This document shows, in pieces, positions 51,341 to 63,711 of a stretch of DNA of 64,000 nucleotides. The stretch comes from Felis catus (Eukaryota): contig NC_058383.1 in assembly GCF_018350175.1 (NCBI RefSeq), positions 22,322,001 to 22,386,000 of the forward strand, written 5' to 3'. The position numbers and the translations under genes are program-made. The notes under the pieces are model-generated. The model was not told the DNA's origin and made no database searches. It was given only the letters and a program-made list of their open reading frames with translations. The stretch's first letter is position 1. Each line of letters starts with the position of its first letter.

Positions 51341-51343
<3 letters not shown>

Positions 51344-51554
51344 CATTTTGAAATATATACCTATCTGGTTATATAGCAGAGATCATAAAAATATTTTCAT
51401 GAGCTCTAGTATTTTTGTCAGACTCCAGAAAACTTTGGAGATTTTTTTTCTAGATTTTTCCATAACTATTCTATCAGGAACTTCAGTCCTCAAAGCGCCT
51501 TCATATAGTATCTCCTCAGATGTGTTTTATGAGTATTATTATTCAATTTTGTTT

Positions 51555-51768
51555 TATTTTTTTTTAACGTTTATTCATTTTTGAGACAGAGAGAGACAGA
51601 GCATGAATGGGGAAATGTCAGAGAGAGAGGGAGACACAGAATCTGAAACAGGCTCCAGGCTCTGAGCTGTCAGCACAGGGCCCGACGCGGGGCTTGAACT
51701 CACGGACCCCGAGATCATGACCTGAGCCGAAGTCGGACGCCCAACCAACTGAGCCACCCAGGCGCCCC
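51555..51768 (-). mobile_element. CanSINE (SINEC_Fc-like)
   Basis: TSD 'tcaattttgttt'. Confidence 0.96.
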
Positions 51769-52199
51769 TCAATTTTGTTTTAGATCCATCCTAGAAAACA
51801 TTCCAAAGGTAATAGAGCTATAGTTACTTTCCCTCAGAAACAACTTTGTCGCTGGATCCTCATCAATTTACAGCCCTCACATCATACTTACATCACAGCT
51901 CAAAAATAATTTGACAGATAGTACAGTTAACATGGCTTTTTAAACAAAATACTTGAATTTAAACAGTAAGAGGAATGTTTCACCTTCAAAATACTCACTC
52001 TAGAAGGTTTAATCAAGAAAACTGGGCCTGAATGGAATTCCCAGAAAGGTGGACCAGAAATATTTTCAAACCACAACCTGTTAGCATAAGGGAGCAGCCA
52101 AGTCATGTTTAAAGCACAGCTTCACACAGATCTTTAATCATGCACATGCCGAGGCTATGAACTTCTCTCTAAGCACAGAGTTGGCTGAACTCGTAAGTT

Positions 52200-52396
52200 T
52201 TTATTCTTTTATTTATTCACCTATTTTTGAGAGAGAGAGAGATAGGGAGTGAGCAGAGGAGGGGCAGAGAGAGAAGGAGAGAGAGAGAACCCCAAGCAGG
52301 CTCCGCACTGTCAGCACAGAGCCTGATGAGGGGCTTGAACTCACGAACTGTGAGATCGTGACCTGAGCCAAAAGCAAGAGTCAGACGCTTAACCGA
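52200..52396 (-). mobile_element. CanSINE, 5'-truncated
   Basis: Lacks the first ~20 head bases; TSD 'ctcgtaagtttt'. Confidence 0.92.
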
Positions 52397-52515
52397 TTAA
52401 CTCCAATCTCGTAAGTTTTTAGACGGCACTCTATCTTTCTTCATGTATAGCCTCTCTGCAGTTGTAGTTTTGAATTCTTCTTGATCCAAGAGTTATTTTA
52501 AAAGGTAATCTTTTA

Positions 52516-52750
52516 GGGGCACCTGGGTGGCGCAGTCGGTTAAGCATCCGACTTCAGCCAGGTCACGATCTCGCGGTCCGTGAGTTCGAGCCCCGCGTCA
52601 GGTTCTGGGCTGATGGCTCGGAGCCTGGATCCTGTTTCCGATTCTGTGTCTCCCTCTCTCTCTGCCCCTCCCCCGTTCATGCTCTGTCTTTCTCTGTCCC
52701 AAAAATAAATAAACATTGAAAAAAAAAATTAAAAAATAAAATAAAATAAA
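52516..52750 (+). mobile_element. Young felid CanSINE (SINEC_Fc)
   Basis: Diagnostics present; TSD 'aaaggtaatctttta'/'aaaggaaatctttta'. Confidence 0.96.
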
Positions 52751-54128
52751 AGGAAAGGAAATCTTTTAATTGCCTGATGGTTAGGTTTGGTTGGATATTT
52801 GTTTCATTTCATCCCTCACAAAACAGGCAACATAATAAAAGAATGCCTATTTACTCTTGACTTGATTCTACTCAATAATGAAAACCTGGTCATGTGGAGT
52901 TGACTGCAATTAGGGAGAAAGTAATAAAGTTTCTTCCGGTGGATTTAGCCTAATGCACCAAGGACAGATTGTTGCTTCCCTGGTTTTCCTACAGAAATCC
53001 TCTCCGCTTCCCTATTATCACCATCCCAGTTTCCTTTATATCCGATGGGCTCCCTGCCATCCCTCCAAGTGTGGAGAATGCCCCATTCCCAGGTTACATC
53101 ACCCCTCTTGTTTAGAAGGTCACAACACTCATTACTTATACAAAATGACCCCACCCGGCTCAAGGTGGGGGGGTGTCTTTCACTGCCTTTGCTGACAAAC
53201 CCCATTCATTAAGACCCCGTATTTCAACTCATCACAGTAACGTGAAGTGTTTCCTCAACCCACTGAAAACATTCTGGGCTAGTAACCTCAGACCACCGAG
53301 AATGACAAACACCTCAAATGTGAAATGCTTTGATGAGTCCCTCACATGCCGTTGATTTGGAGGCAAGTGGATTTTTCTAAGGCAGACACGGAATTCTTTC
53401 TCACTTTGAACTGGCTTTCTGAGATCACCTACCCTCAGATACCCGTCAACGTCATGCCAGAAAGTGTAAGAAACATCTGATCCTCTCTCTGGGCCCCTGA
53501 GGAAACATTTTTTTCAACCAGGTGTAAATGAAGGTCAGTGCCTCTGTTTTAAATGTGGTCCATCTGGAGAAGTAAAGGTAACTTATGAATGGCCTTTTGC
53601 CAGTGACCACCACCTGCATGTGGCTCGCCAGCTCTGCTCTTGTCCTTGTCACTCATATCTGTCTGGGTCGATCCCATTCATAATCGAGACCTGCGGTCCC
53701 TCCTAATCTCTGAGGCAGCATTTTTTCTTCAACTGCTCAGAGCCAAGCCATATAAACAAGGAGCCTGGATGAAACCACAGGGAAGGTTTCTCTGGGTCAA
53801 CACATCACAATTCTAAAACCACACCAGGAGTGTCCATGCCACGGACCATGTACTGGTATATGGAACAAGCTCCGGGTTTTATTTTTAAAAAGCAAGGTAT
53901 GCTAACATTTGAATGTGTTCCTTTTGGGAGGAAAGAAATAAATGCATGTGATATGCATGTGTATTATGGACTGGTTCCAGAAGCACAAACAAGAGATCGG
54001 TAATATTTCATAGGGAGATAACCTGAATAAGGGTCAAGGGTGGGAGAGAGACTTCTCAAGGCAAACGCTTTGGTACCTTTTTCATTTCAAACCAGTGACT
54101 ATATATCACTATTCAAAACGTAATTTAA

Positions 54129-54354
54129 GGGGCGCCTGGGTGGCGCAGTCGGTTAAGCGTCCGACTTCAGCCAGGTCACGATCTCGCGCTCCGTGAGTTC
54201 GAGCCCCGCGTCGGGCTCTGGGCTGATGGCTCAGAGCCTGGAGCCTGTTTCCGATTCTGTGTCTCCCTCTCTCTCTGCCCCTCCCCCGTTCACGCTCTGT
54301 CTCTCTCTGTCCCAAAAATAAATAAACGTTGAAAAAAAAAATTTAAAAAAAAAC
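54129..54354 (+). mobile_element. Young felid CanSINE (SINEC_Fc)
   Basis: CpG-rich, near-consensus body; perfect TSD 'aaaacgtaatttaa'. Confidence 0.97.
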
Positions 54355-54829
54355 AAAACGTAATTTAATTAAAGCTTTCTTGAAAAGAGATCAGAGACCC
54401 AGCCATATAATAGGAGACAAAGATGCCTGATAAGCGATGCCATTAATCTATATTTCTTGACTTGGAAAAATGTTTACAATACCTTAGTTGTGGAGGATAA
54501 AAAGAGATTTGAGAATAACGTGTTTTAGTTTGGGTTTCTAATTTTAAGATACATATAAATGATGATTAAAATCTACAGAGATATAAACCAAAATGTTAAT
54601 GGTTGGCTTTTTCCTAAGTAGTGGAAGGATGGGTGATTTTTATTTTCTTCTCTTGGTAATCTCCACTTTCTAATTGTTCTGTAATAATAGGCAAGCTTTT
54701 GGGAATTTTAAAATGTATTTATAAATTTAAAAAAAGAAAGAAGAACCCATCTCCTGCTTTTGTTCTACACACTCCGCTCCTTCCTAGGCAAGGCAGTGGC
54801 TTTGGGGCCACAAGACTTCACCGCGAATA

Positions 54830-54839
54830 CCTTATTTGG
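54830..54839. promoter_or_regulatory. Consensus CArG box (SRF motif) within a candidate enhancer
   Basis: CCTTATTTGG fits CC(A/T)6GG; function not shown. Confidence 0.3.
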
Positions 54840-55974
54840 AGGGGGGGCAGGCGGGCTGCCAGGAAACTTCCCCGGGGCCAGAAGCAGAGTGGGGGAGGCA
54901 GGATTTTAAAAGTCAGAGCTGTAAACCTCGGCATAAAATAAGCAGCCAGGCTCTCATTTCAGCCATGTAAACAGTAATGTGTATTCATTAAAACTGCATT
55001 AGTCTAAAGAGTCCCCAGGGATCGAGGGCTAACGAGAGGGGGTGGGGAGAGAGGCTGCCGCCGCACCTGCTGTTTGCCACACAGTGTCACGGCCAGAGAA
55101 GGGCCACCCAGAGGGGCTTCGTGGCTCTCATCAGTCTTGTTAAAGGTAAACAGACATTGAGAAAAGGGAAGTAGCCAGGAACCCAAACGTCTGGCTTGCC
55201 AGGCCCTAACCTGCCCTGCGAGATGATTCTTGAGGAAAACGTACACCCCAAAGAGGAGGCCTGCTAGGCATCACCAGCAGGGTCCACTGCAGAGCTGGGC
55301 CACAAAGAGGCGGGCACAGGAGGCTCCCGCCCCTTCCCCTGGAGGCCATGCAAAACGTGATCGTGGGAAACCAACCAGGAAGGAGAGTGGTGGCCGACGT
55401 GCATCAAGGGTTTACTGCTCTAAAGGCTGTACATGTCTTAACTCATTTAAATCTCCCAAAGGCTGCATGAAATGTGTGCCATTACCATCCCTATGTATGG
55501 GTAAAGAAAAGGAGGCACAGGAAAGTTGAGCAATCTTCCCAAGGTCACTCAGCTAAGTGGTGGTGTCCAGACTCAGAAACAAGTCTCACTCCAGAGCCCA
55601 CAGTCTCAGACTCAACACCAATCTGCTTCTTCCAAGTCTTGCCTAGCATCCGATTCAAACCCGGGCTTTAAAACGGTGACCTAGAACCCTGGCCAAGGAT
55701 CTACTGGGTAGCTAGTGAGAGCAGGAACCACAGCTGTCAAACCCACAAATGCCAACAGTAGGCTGTATTGGCCCCATTGTACAGATTAAGTAACTGGGCT
55801 TAAGAGCTTGGGAATATTTCCATGTTCTCATCCCATCCTCACGACAGAAATGGAGACCAGGGCTACCCTCTGCCCCCAGGCAAGTGACACAGTAGGGACA
55901 CAACTTAAGCTAAGGAAACTCAGAGAAGTATCAACAGCTCCCAGAAGCAGGGAACAAAGTTTCCTTTCCTTTTC

Positions 55975-56180
55975 TCTTTAATGTTTTTTTTTTTTTTGAG
56001 ATTAAGAAAGAGAGCCAGTGGGGGAGGGGCACAGAGAGAGGGAGAGAGAGAATCCCAAGCAAGCTCCACACTGTCAGCACAGAACCCGATGCAGGGCTCA
56101 ATCTCACAAACCATGAGATCATGACCTGAGCCAAAATCAAGAGTCAGACACTTAACCTACTGAGCCACCCAGGTGCCCCC
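55975..56180 (-). mobile_element. CanSINE
   Basis: Reverse head 'gagccacccaggtgcccc'. Confidence 0.94.
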
Positions 56181-57659
56181 AACGTTTCCTTTTCATTTTG
56201 CACTGCACAAAGCCCAAAATTACCTGAGCAGGAATTCTGAGATGAAGAACAAAGAGAAGGAGCCAGGAGGTTCCAATTGATACTCCAACCACCCCCCCCC
56301 CCACCTCCAACCCCCCAACTGAGCCAGAGAAGCCAGAAGAACTTCCTTCCCCGAACTGGGAGCAGATCAGCAGCTTCATGCTTACTTCCCTTCTCCTAAT
56401 CTCTATTTAGAGCTTTCAAGATTAGCAAGTCTGATGATAACTGTTTTGGTCGCTTCACACTCTTTTCCCACACTCACAAATGACTTCCCTGAAGCCTGGC
56501 GAAGAAGGAGAAGATGAGGTTCATGGCCACGTATCTGCCAGTAGGACATCATTGAGAGCTCAGCCCCCCACCCCCACAGTGTTGGTGTTACAAAATCCCA
56601 CCCCTCGCTCTAGTTCATTGGCCACCAGATCTAAGCTGGGCCAATTAGATTCTTTCACAGACTTTAGACTGGAGGCTGAGAGTCATGGCCACCAGCATCT
56701 ACACATCACCCACGTAGAGTTAGACACAAGGAAGGCAGGTGTGCACAGAAGTGAGAATAGTGAGTACAGGCAAGAAGGAGAGGTGAGAAATGGAGAGCCA
56801 TCTTCCAGCCCCCAGATTCCTCCCCTCTCCTTTTAGCCAGACTGACCTTCCCCTTGGTCCCAAGCAATGTCCCCACACTCCTACACCAGATAGCCCCTCT
56901 AGCTTTAGCTGACTTGAGTTGGTTTCTGTTACTTGCAATCAAAAATGCTTAACTAACACACACCTCACCCTCACTGGCCTCACACATGAAGACCTCTGGC
57001 TAATGCACCCAAACAGCGGGAAATAAGTTAGCTGACGGGTAAACAAGCCAAAAGTAACAGCAAACAGGATGACAGTGAGGACAGCAGGACTGGCTTCAGC
57101 CTGAGGGCAGGCCCCAGGACTCAGCCAGTGTCCATTAAGCACCTATCAAGGGAGGCTGCCCTGGGAAGACAATATCAGGGGCCACTCAAATATAGACCCT
57201 GCCTTCAAGCAGCTTATAGGGGAGCGGAAAGATCCACCAACAAAGCCATTAGCGAGAAATAAGGGGGGAAATGAATTTAAGGGTTAATCTGTTGATTCTA
57301 GGCAAAAGGGGAGTTCTGAGACGTCTAGCCCCGTGGGGGACACAAGAGGGAACACACTCCTGATGGGCAAAGGGCAGCATCTTTGAGAAAGGAGCTCCTT
57401 GGGGACAAGGAGAAGACTGGCTTGGCTGCACTGAGGCTCCAGGGAATGGAGGGTCGTAAGACTAAGCAGAGGGATGGGAAACAGGAAACAGGTTATGGAA
57501 GGGAGTCACGTCCAGGTAGACATTTCCTACCTGCTCTTCCATCATTATACACCCCCTTCACGACATCCGCTATTTCCACACACCATCCACAACACTATGA
57601 CTACTTCCCTTTAAATTAAAGTTACATTACTTTTTAACTTCAAGTGTTTTTAAAATGGA

Positions 57660-58255
57660 AATGGTCTGAAAAATATAAACCATATGACCAAGAAATTCCA
57701 CTCCTAGGTAAATACCCAAGAGAGCTGAAAACATGTTCACACAAAAATTGTACTTGATGCTCACGGCATTACTCATAATAGCCAAAAGGTGGAAACAACC
57801 TAAATGTCCATTGGTGGATGAAAGGATAAACAAAAATGTGCTATATCTTGATGGGATATTTTTAGCCATAAAAAGGAATCCTGACACATGAACCTTGAAA
57901 ACATTATACCAAGAGAAAGAAGCCGGCCCCAAAGGCCCATACATTGCATGATTCCATTTATATGAAATGTCCTGAACAGGCAAATCTAGAGACTGAAATT
58001 AGATGAGTGGTTGCCGCAGGGGGGGACCGGGTTGGGCTGGAGACAAGTGGGCAGTGACTGCTGATAGATGTGGGTTTCTTATGGGGTGGGGGGTGATGAA
58101 AATGTTCTGGGATGTTCTAGAATCAGATGGTGGTGGTTGTACACCATCATAAATATACAAAGCACTGAACAGTACATTTGTAAATTTTGGAAATGGTGAG
58201 TTTTATGTTATGTGAATTTTAACAAATGTCAATAAAATCGGAATAATAAGTAATT
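57660..58255 (+). mobile_element. L1 (L1MB-like) 3' UTR fragment
   Basis: 'accatatgaccaagaaattccactcctaggtaaatacccaagaga...gccaaaaggtggaaacaacctaaatgtcca...gattccatttatatgaaatgtcc'. Confidence 0.88.
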
Positions 58256-58496
58256 TTAAGAAAAATCATAATGTTTTAAAAGGAAGTGAAATGAAAAATA
58301 AAAATCCAGCATCTCTTAACAGAACTAGGAGTCAACCGTAAAAATAAACACAACCAAAACAAAACATGTTCGTTCATTCTGGCTTGACACCATTGCCTGC
58401 CTGGCCGCAGCGTTAGGGTGGGGGTTGGGGTGTGAGTGAATTTTAAAGCACACTGGTGCCAACCTGAGGCTTCCTGCTTTGCCCAGTCAGAAGAAT

Positions 58497-58654
58497 AAGG
58501 AAAAAAAAAAAAAAAAAAAAGGAGAGGAGAAGAGAGAGAGAAGAGAGGGAGAGGAAAGGGAGAGAAAAGAAAAGAGAAAAAAAGAAAAGAGAAAGAAAAG
58601 AGAAAAGGAGAAAAGAAAAGAAAGAAAAGAAAAGAAAAGGAGAAAAGAAAAGGG
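58497..58654. repeat. Polypurine (A/G) low-complexity tract
   Basis: Long A run followed by gaaaa/gaga repeats. Confidence 0.92.
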
Positions 58655-59019
58655 ACTATGTCTGCCACACTGTGATCTCATGTTAATTAGTGTCAGGTCT
58701 TAAAAAAACTTGTTGCCTGCCCCAAGCCCCACCTGGACCTTTGGAAAACTTTGCTCTAAAGGATGAAATCAATGTTCACGTGTTGCCTTACCATGTGCCA
58801 ACCGATGTACCTGACACTCAACATTGGGTCATGTCATTAATCTATCACAGCAAGCGTGTGGCCTCAAGCCCAGAGTGAGCAGGAGCCAGGAGGGAACTCG
58901 GAGGGGGGTGGGGCACATAATGAGGAAGGTGACACTGACCTCAGGCGATGGAGGAGAAAAAAGTTCAGAAGGGGGACAAAGATCTCACCACATGCTCTTC
59001 CCCAGGCAGCACAGCTTGT

Positions 59020-59355
59020 CGCTATGGACTGAATGTGTGTGTCCCCCTAAAATGGACATGTGGGAGTCCCATTCCCAGTGCAATGGTATCTGGAGACGGG
59101 GCTTCAGCAGATAATTAGGTGATGAGCACTCATGAATGGGATGAGAGTTCCTATAAGAAGAGACCCCAAGAGCTTGCTTCCTCTCCCTCTGCCCCCTGCC
59201 ATATGAGCACACCCCCGGAAGTCAGCCTTCCATGAGCCAGGAAGAGAACCTGCCGGCCCTCGGACCTCCAGCCTCCAGAACCATGAGAATCAATTCTTGT
59301 TGTGTAAGCCACTCAGTCTGCGGTACTCTGGGAGAGCAGCCCAAACAGACTTGTG
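59020..59355 (+). mobile_element. MaLR LTR (MLT1A/MLT1A0-like)
   Basis: 'gctatggactgaatgtgtgtgtccccctaaaat...ataagaagagaccccaagagc...ggacctccagcctccagaaccatgaga...aagccactcagtct'. Confidence 0.85.
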
Positions 59356-59744
59356 ATATAGAAATATGGAAGAAAACTCACAAACAGCAGGAAGGTGTGG
59401 TTGAATGGAACGGGGGGGACCTGTTGGCACCATGTAAAACCTGTACCCCAGAAAGGTATCTACTGAGATGGAAAGTGGATCGTGACCCAGGAAGTGAAAG
59501 GACACGTGACGTCAAGTTTGCGGTGTGGGTCTGTTGGTTCCACAACCAGGTATTGAGTGTCAGCCATGTGCCAGGCACTGTTCTAGGCACAGTGCACGAA
59601 GCAAAACAAGCCCCTGATTTTGGGGGGCTTATATTCTCGTGGATGTGAGGGGATCACACTACTGACGCGCGGGAGAAATGGGAGGGTGCTCGTGGAGGTG
59701 GTCACTGTCTTCCTTTTGCACACTTCTACGTTATGGTTTTCCTT

Positions 59745-59972
59745 TTTAAGTTTTTTAAAAAAATGTTTGTTTTCAGAGAGAGAGAGCATGCAAACAGGGA
59801 AAGGGCAGAGGGAGAGAGAGAGAGAGAAGGAGAGAGAGAATTCCAAGCAGACTCTGCAGTGGCAGCGTGGAGTCTGATGCAGGGCTCCATCTCATGAACC
59901 GTGAGATCACGACCGGGGTGGAAATCAAGCGTTGGATGCTTAACTGACTGAGCCACCAAGGCAAGGCGCCCC
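59745..59972 (-). mobile_element. CanSINE
   Basis: TSD 'cta(c/t)gttatggtttt'. Confidence 0.93.
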
Positions 59973-60899
59973 TATGTTATGGTTTTTCTATATTGAGTAT
60001 GTGAGAGTATTCTGAAACAAAGGGAAGGCCCGAACATCTCAGCTCGGCCAGGCCCCTGAGTTCTGGCTCTGTCTCCTGTCACAAGTGTCACAAGTGTGTC
60101 AGAGCCACACATAGTGAAGCCTGGTGTTGGTCCAGTATACTCCATGCAGGTGCCTTTGCAAAGCTGTTTGTGTGCCGGGGCCATCCTCCCAGTATTCTGT
60201 CTATAAAATCCCCAAGGGGACCCCTTTTTCAAATCACTCCTACCACCTCCAGGCCTCAGCAGCAATCTCTGCCCTACAGCCGTCCTGAATAATCCCATCT
60301 AACCAGTTAATCTCCAGAGTCCCTGCTCAAAGCTCAGCCAGTTCCCCTCTGGCTCTTCCTTCTCCCAGGGCCGGGGATTTCAGCCCCCTTCCCTTTCATC
60401 TTTAGTCTCACTCACACCCCTACCTATGCTACATGGAATTTCTCTCCTCACCTGCCGCCCCCAATCTCCCGGCACACTTGTTTCCTCCCCGTAAGGACAA
60501 GCCCATGGGGAGAAGGCAATGAACTGACTCTCTGTTAAATCACAAAACTGCCACCGCAAGCCTCAGAGGTTGTGCTCCTGGATCCAAGGGCAGGTGAGGT
60601 CCCTTGGCCTGAGGGCGTGGCTGGCAGGGGGACAGGCTCAGGCTGGGGCGGAGGAGTTTGGTAGAGTGTCTGCAGGGCCGGCTGGGAATCCCTGTTCCTC
60701 CCAGGGTCTGCCTGTTGGTCCCTTCCCCCACAGACTCCATACTCACACCAAAGCTGAGGTCTCTGGTCTCTAAGAAAGGCACCTCCCTGACTGGCTCCTA
60801 GATGTCTGAAGCCTTGATATCATGGACGACCGCATTTCAGGACATGAAAGGGCCTACGTGCACCTGATCAAGAGTCTATTCCACCCAGGCCTGATACAG

Positions 60900-61115
60900 C
60901 AGTGGTTCTCAACTGGAGGCCATCTGGAGCCCCTAGGAACATTTTGGCAGTGTCTGGAGACATTGTTGATTGCCACAATGTGGGGTGAGAGCTGATGCTC
61001 ACATCTAGTGGGTAGAGGCCAAGGATGCTACTAAACATCATACACAACACAGAACAGCCTCTAATGAAGACTTATCAAGCCCAAATGTCAATAGCACCAA
61101 GGTTGAGAAATGCTG
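60900..61115 (+). mobile_element. MER20 hAT MITE
   Basis: 'cagtggttctcaact...ttggcagtgtctggagacatt...catctagtgggtagaggccaaggatgctactaaacatc...gcccaaatgtcaatagcaccaaggttgagaaa'. Confidence 0.9.
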
Positions 61116-61354
61116 CTCTAACTAAACTCCTCCCAGCACTGGGAACTCACGGTCCCCTCCCACCAGCCCATCCCCATCCAGGCAACCCACTGCTCCTACA
61201 CACACTATTTCTGGATGGCTGCACAGATGAGGCTTGGTTCCAAATCCTCCAGAGGTCGGGGTCTCTGCCTCTACTCCGCTGAAGCCCCCTAAAACTCCTT
61301 GTCGCCTCGCTGCCTCTGGAGGCTCTCGAAAAATGAGTCCAAAATCCCTCCTCC

Positions 61355-62320
61355 ACAATTTAATATATGATAAAGGCGGCATTTCAATTCTGTGGGAAGC
61401 GATGGATTATTCAATAAATGGTATTGGGACAACTGGCTGGCCATCTGGTAGAAAATAAAGCTAGATCCTCACCTCCCTCCTAAAACCAAAATAAATTCCA
61501 GATGGATTAAAGATTTAAATGCAAAAGGAAAAAAAAAAGTTTAAGTAGTAAAAGAAAATATGGGAGAATTGCTCTCTAATCTTGTTGAGGAGGAGGCCTC
61601 TCTAAGCAAGACACGAAATATAAAATACACAAAAAGATGAAGGTCATCAGTTTGGCTATTTAAGAATTTTAAATACCTACAGAGTAAAAGAGTCCATAAT
61701 AAACCAATTTCTCAAAGTTAAAAAACCAACTTTACATACTATTATATATAAGACACATGCCAAAAACATGTTCTTTAATCATAAAAACCTGTTAAAATCA
61801 GCAAGAAAGTAGAAAAAGTAGGCAAAAGACAAGAGACAGTTCACAGAGAAATGCAGAGTTTTCAAACATAAAAAGGTGCTCGTAGGCAAATAAGAGGGAT
61901 ACCCCAGTGAGACACCAAGTTGCCACTAATGAGGTTGGAAAAATGAAAACATTTCAATAGTGTTCTGTGCTGGTAAGAGTAAGGGAACACACACTGTCAG
62001 ATGGAAATGCAAACAGACCCACTCTGTCAGGCAAGTCAGCAACATTAATATTAAAGCACACGCCCTTCGTCCAAGAGATGTCAATGCTGTTTCTATCCCT
62101 GGACATGAACCCAAACCCACACAGGTAAATACATACAGGAATGTTCATGACCGCATCATTTGCAACGGCAAGAACACTAACAACAACATCAATGCCCGTA
62201 GTTATAGAACCAGTTCAATACATTATCCTGCATTCATAAAATGTTATGAAACTCTCAAAAGTAAATGAGGCCGCTCTATGTATCGATCCCCAGGAGACCT
62301 TATCAAAAGGAAAAGCCATA
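61355..62320 (+). mobile_element. Old L1 (L1ME-like) ORF2-end/3' fragment
   Basis: 'ttattcaataaatggtattgggacaactggct...ataaattccagatggattaaagatttaaatg'. Confidence 0.8.
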
Positions 62321-62532
62321 GATGAATGGGTATCACAACAGGATTTCCCACTGGACAAAGAAAAATGGACAGGTGCCTATTCGGTCATTCATTCAACCAA
62401 TATTTATTAAGCACCTACAATGTGCCAAGCACTGTCCTAGGTGCTGGGACTCCGCCAGGAGAAATTCCATCACAGTATGCATGACTGCACACGCCCGGAG
62501 GAAGCCTGGGAAACTGCGAACAGTGGAGGCTT

Positions 62533-62689
62533 TGGGTTGGTAAATTTGGCAAATAAAACAACAGGGCAGCTGGGTATATCGGAATTTCATATAAACAGTG
62601 GCTAATTTGGTAGTACAAGTTTGTCCTACGCAATATTTGGGATATACTTATACTAAAAAAAAAAAAAAATTATTCCTTTAGCAACCTTA
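62533..62689 (+). mobile_element. MER53-like hAT MITE
   Basis: 'gggttggtaaatttggcaaataaaacaacaggg...gaatttcatataaaca...gggatatacttatactaaaaaa'. Confidence 0.7.
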
Positions 62690-63711
62690 CTCTGGAGGTG
62701 CAGTGAGGGAGAATGAAGCCTCTTGAACAGGAGAGAGATTTCCTTTGGATGCTACTGTATGCGGTAATGTATTGCACTCCTTGGAATTATAATCAAGTAC
62801 ATGCATTGCTTTTTGTTTTTGTTTTTTTTTTTTAATGACACAAATGAGTAAGAAGAGAGAAGAAATTCCAGCTTACACTGCAATGTGCTTTCCTGGCCAG
62901 CTCGGCCCTTGGAGTCAGCCTGGCAGCCGGGCGGCCGCATTCCAGGCCCGGCTGCTTCTCTAAATGGAAGCACTCGTCCCACACCCCAGCAGCAAGCTAG
63001 CAAACAAGATTCCAGGCTGTGCTTTTTTTTTTTTTTTAAAAACAGGTTCGATGCAAAGAAAGAAATATAGAATGCAGTGGGGGAAAGAAACACCGGGCAT
63101 GGTAGAAACTAGCCTTTTCCAAGAGAATTGAGGGAAATAAAGTTACATCTCTTGAACAGCCTGTTTTTTTTAAAGATCTCTGGGGCCTCTCAGATAATCT
63201 CCGTCTGTCCTTCCCTCTTTCTTCAGAGAGATCTTATCACTCCGAGAGGGAAAGTGCATTTTGTGCAAAGATCCCATCCCCAATCATTATGTCCCAAATA
63301 TTTTCCGAGCACGAACAATAATGATTATTTATAAAACACTATACGCCAGGCCCTCTTCAAAGCATGTTAACCAATATTAACTCATTGAATTATGTCAGTA
63401 ACCCCAGGAGATAGATGCACGTAATATCTTTTGTACATATGTGGACACTGAGGCACAGAAAGGCTCAGTAGTGAATGAAGACCACACAGCCGGCAAGCAG
63501 AGGACCCAGAATTCGAACGCAGCTAATCTGACCCCAGAGCCCACCTCCTTCACCCCAGGCCACGCCTGTCGCAGGCACTGGGTGGTGAACCAGAAACCAG
63601 ACAGACACAGTCCTGTCTTCACGGAGCCTGTGGTTCGTGAGCGAATCAATCTAATATTGGGCAGATGGCGCTAGGCTCCACGACAGACACAAATAAACAC
63701 TGGAAAGGACC

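Noticed and set aside
56478..56549. Minus-strand peptide 'MSYWQIRGHEPHLLLL' resembling the GST-mu N-terminal YWxIRG motif
   Set aside because: Only a 6-residue match, with no downstream GST similarity visible.
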